Virus record (IMG/VR): IMGVR_UViG_3300016263_000504
Coordinates: 1 to 24,341 of that record
Source of the DNA: a virus
Taxonomy: Duplodnaviria > Caudoviricetes
Reading direction: 5' to 3' (one strand)
DNA: 24,341 nt
This document shows, piece by piece, positions 23,247-24,341 of this stretch. The notes under the pieces were generated by a model. That model made no database searches, had not been told where the DNA came from, and saw nothing but the letters and a program-made list of their open reading frames with translations. A program made the translations under genes and the position numbers. Within the stretch, counting starts at the first letter, position 1. Each line of letters starts with the position of its first letter.

Positions 23247-24340
23247 GAGAAAAAGCTTTCAAGCGAGCCAACATCCTCTGTTGTCCAACCAATAGATTTG
23301 ATAATTATGTCTAAGGGCTCCAGAAATGTTTTTTGAAATTGAGTATCATAATCAACATAATTATGCAATTCGAATTCCACTGGTAGATCAGATGCGGCCG
23401 GAAACGATATCACGTTTTCTTGAATTGGATTTGGTTTCTTAAGATAGATAAAACGAATCTTATCACCAGATTGAATCTGTTTGTATTTTGATTGAAGACC
23501 TTTGGTTTCAATTATATGATTATATAGCAACGCGCCCCGTGAATGAATTGGTGTGCCTTTCTGATAGATGGTCGGCTTAGAGCTCCATCCATCGACATCC
23601 GTCACGCCACGAGGAAAGGCGACTTCACGTGGATTTAGGCTTGAGAATCGCAAACGGAATTCCTCGATTGCCTGCTGAGTCTTGATCTTATCACCAGTCA
23701 TGATGATCTTGAACATGCGCTTCATCTCTGATCTGCATACGGCCGGAGTTGAAGACTTGATAGCCTCAATACCCATCATCTTAAGTTTAGGTTCCGAGTA
23801 TCGAACGCCCTCATTGTCGAGTACGTTTAGAATATACCGTTTCTTGGCCGTCCATACGGCGCGATCGGCGATAGCCTCACGCTTCATTACCATGCGATTC
23901 ACGTAGGCATAGGTCGTTTTGGCGAGCTTATCAAATGCCGCATTAAGCTCAAGACCAATGCCTTTTTCATAGAACTCATCGAGGAAAGCAATTGTATCCT
24001 TGGGCTTAAACTTATCCACGATATCCTTCAGGCATACATACACGGAATCCGTATCAACCGCCAGCACTCGATCCTTGAGCTCCGATTCGCCGACAATCTT
24101 GGACACATAACGATTCACGGTTGCTTCGGCCAGACGTATGGCCGTCTGACCGGATAAAGTCACGGCTTCAGCAACTTGAAGATTAAAGAAGCGGAAATAT
24201 TTGTTGCCACAAGCCCCATAGAGACTATTGAGCAAGATCTTTACGGCCATCTGCTCCGTGTCGAGTTTGGCGATCGTCTTCTCGACCATGATGCGTTCAG
24301 CAGAATCCTTTGGCAACGACTCAAGCTTCTTCTTATGAGT
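23243..24340 (-). CDS. 43: Family B DNA polymerase, T4 gp43-like (C-terminal part; frame runs off the window)
   Basis: Motif B KILLNSLYG, motif C AVDTDS, KKRY, GIEAIKSSTP and PIHSRGAL. The frame is open from 24316 to the window edge. The protein ends in SLESFFS. Confidence 0.96.
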   Translation of the reverse strand, partial: THKKKLESLPKDSAERIMVEKTIAKLDTEQMAVKILLNSLYGACGNKYFRFFNLQVAEAVTLSGQTAIRLAEATVNRYVSKIVGESELKDRVLAVDTDSVYVCLKDIVDKFKPKDTIAFLDEFYEKGIGLELNAAFDKLAKTTYAYVNRMVMKREAIADRAVWTAKKRYILNVLDNEGVRYSEPKLKMMGIEAIKSSTPAVCRSEMKRMFKIIMTGDKIKTQQAIEEFRLRFSSLNPREVAFPRGVTDVDGWSSKPTIYQKGTPIHSRGALLYNHIIETKGLQSKYKQIQSGDKIRFIYLKKPNPIQENVISFPAASDLPVEFELHNYVDYDTQFQKTFLEPLDIIIKSIGWTTEDVGSLESFFS

Positions 24341-24341
24341 A

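Noticed and set aside
573-23906. Numerous short alternative-frame and plus-strand ORFs (e.g. 1069-1425, 5872-6348, 12763-13218, 15632-15916, 15951-16256)
   Set aside because: They are shadows of well-supported minus-strand genes or RNA elements and show no recognisable motifs.
1-24341. CRISPR array, rRNA, IS elements, integrase or stop-codon reassignment
   Set aside because: No regularly spaced repeats or such genes were seen, and core genes are full length in the standard code.

Overview
This is a 24.3-kb piece of a large T4-like (Tevenvirinae-type architecture) phage genome. Nearly all genes are on the minus strand, in the T4 order gp43 DNA polymerase (partial) -> accessory genes -> gp42-like dCMP hydroxymethylase -> ... 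-> uvsX -> small gene -> gp41 helicase, followed by thyX and two late genes. The highlight is 5608-13651, the interval where T4 carries beta-glucosyltransferase and segA. Here it holds a different, tightly packed set: a gp42-like enzyme with the dCMP-specifying Asp, dCMP deaminase, two paralogous amino acid:DNA transferase-like (aGPT-PPlase-like) proteins, a fold-type-II PLP enzyme, an SGNH-like protein and a C5-cytosine-methyltransferase-fold protein with a degenerate SAM motif. No 5-hmU-type DNA kinase is visible. Three of these proteins end in the same SL(E/L)xF(F) tail as the polymerase, which resembles a sliding-clamp-binding peptide. Together this suggests an apparently uncharacterised, replisome-coupled pyrimidine (probably cytosine) hypermodification pathway. 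The window also contains an inverted GIY-YIG homing endonuclease, a glycosyltransferase/methyltransferase cassette, a 138-nt tRNA-like RNA with an enlarged anticodon arm, two further structured non-coding segments, seven copies of a TGTAC(A/T)-N16/17-TAnnnT promoter-like motif and three TATAAATA late promoters. All family assignments come from motif recognition by eye; no searches were run.
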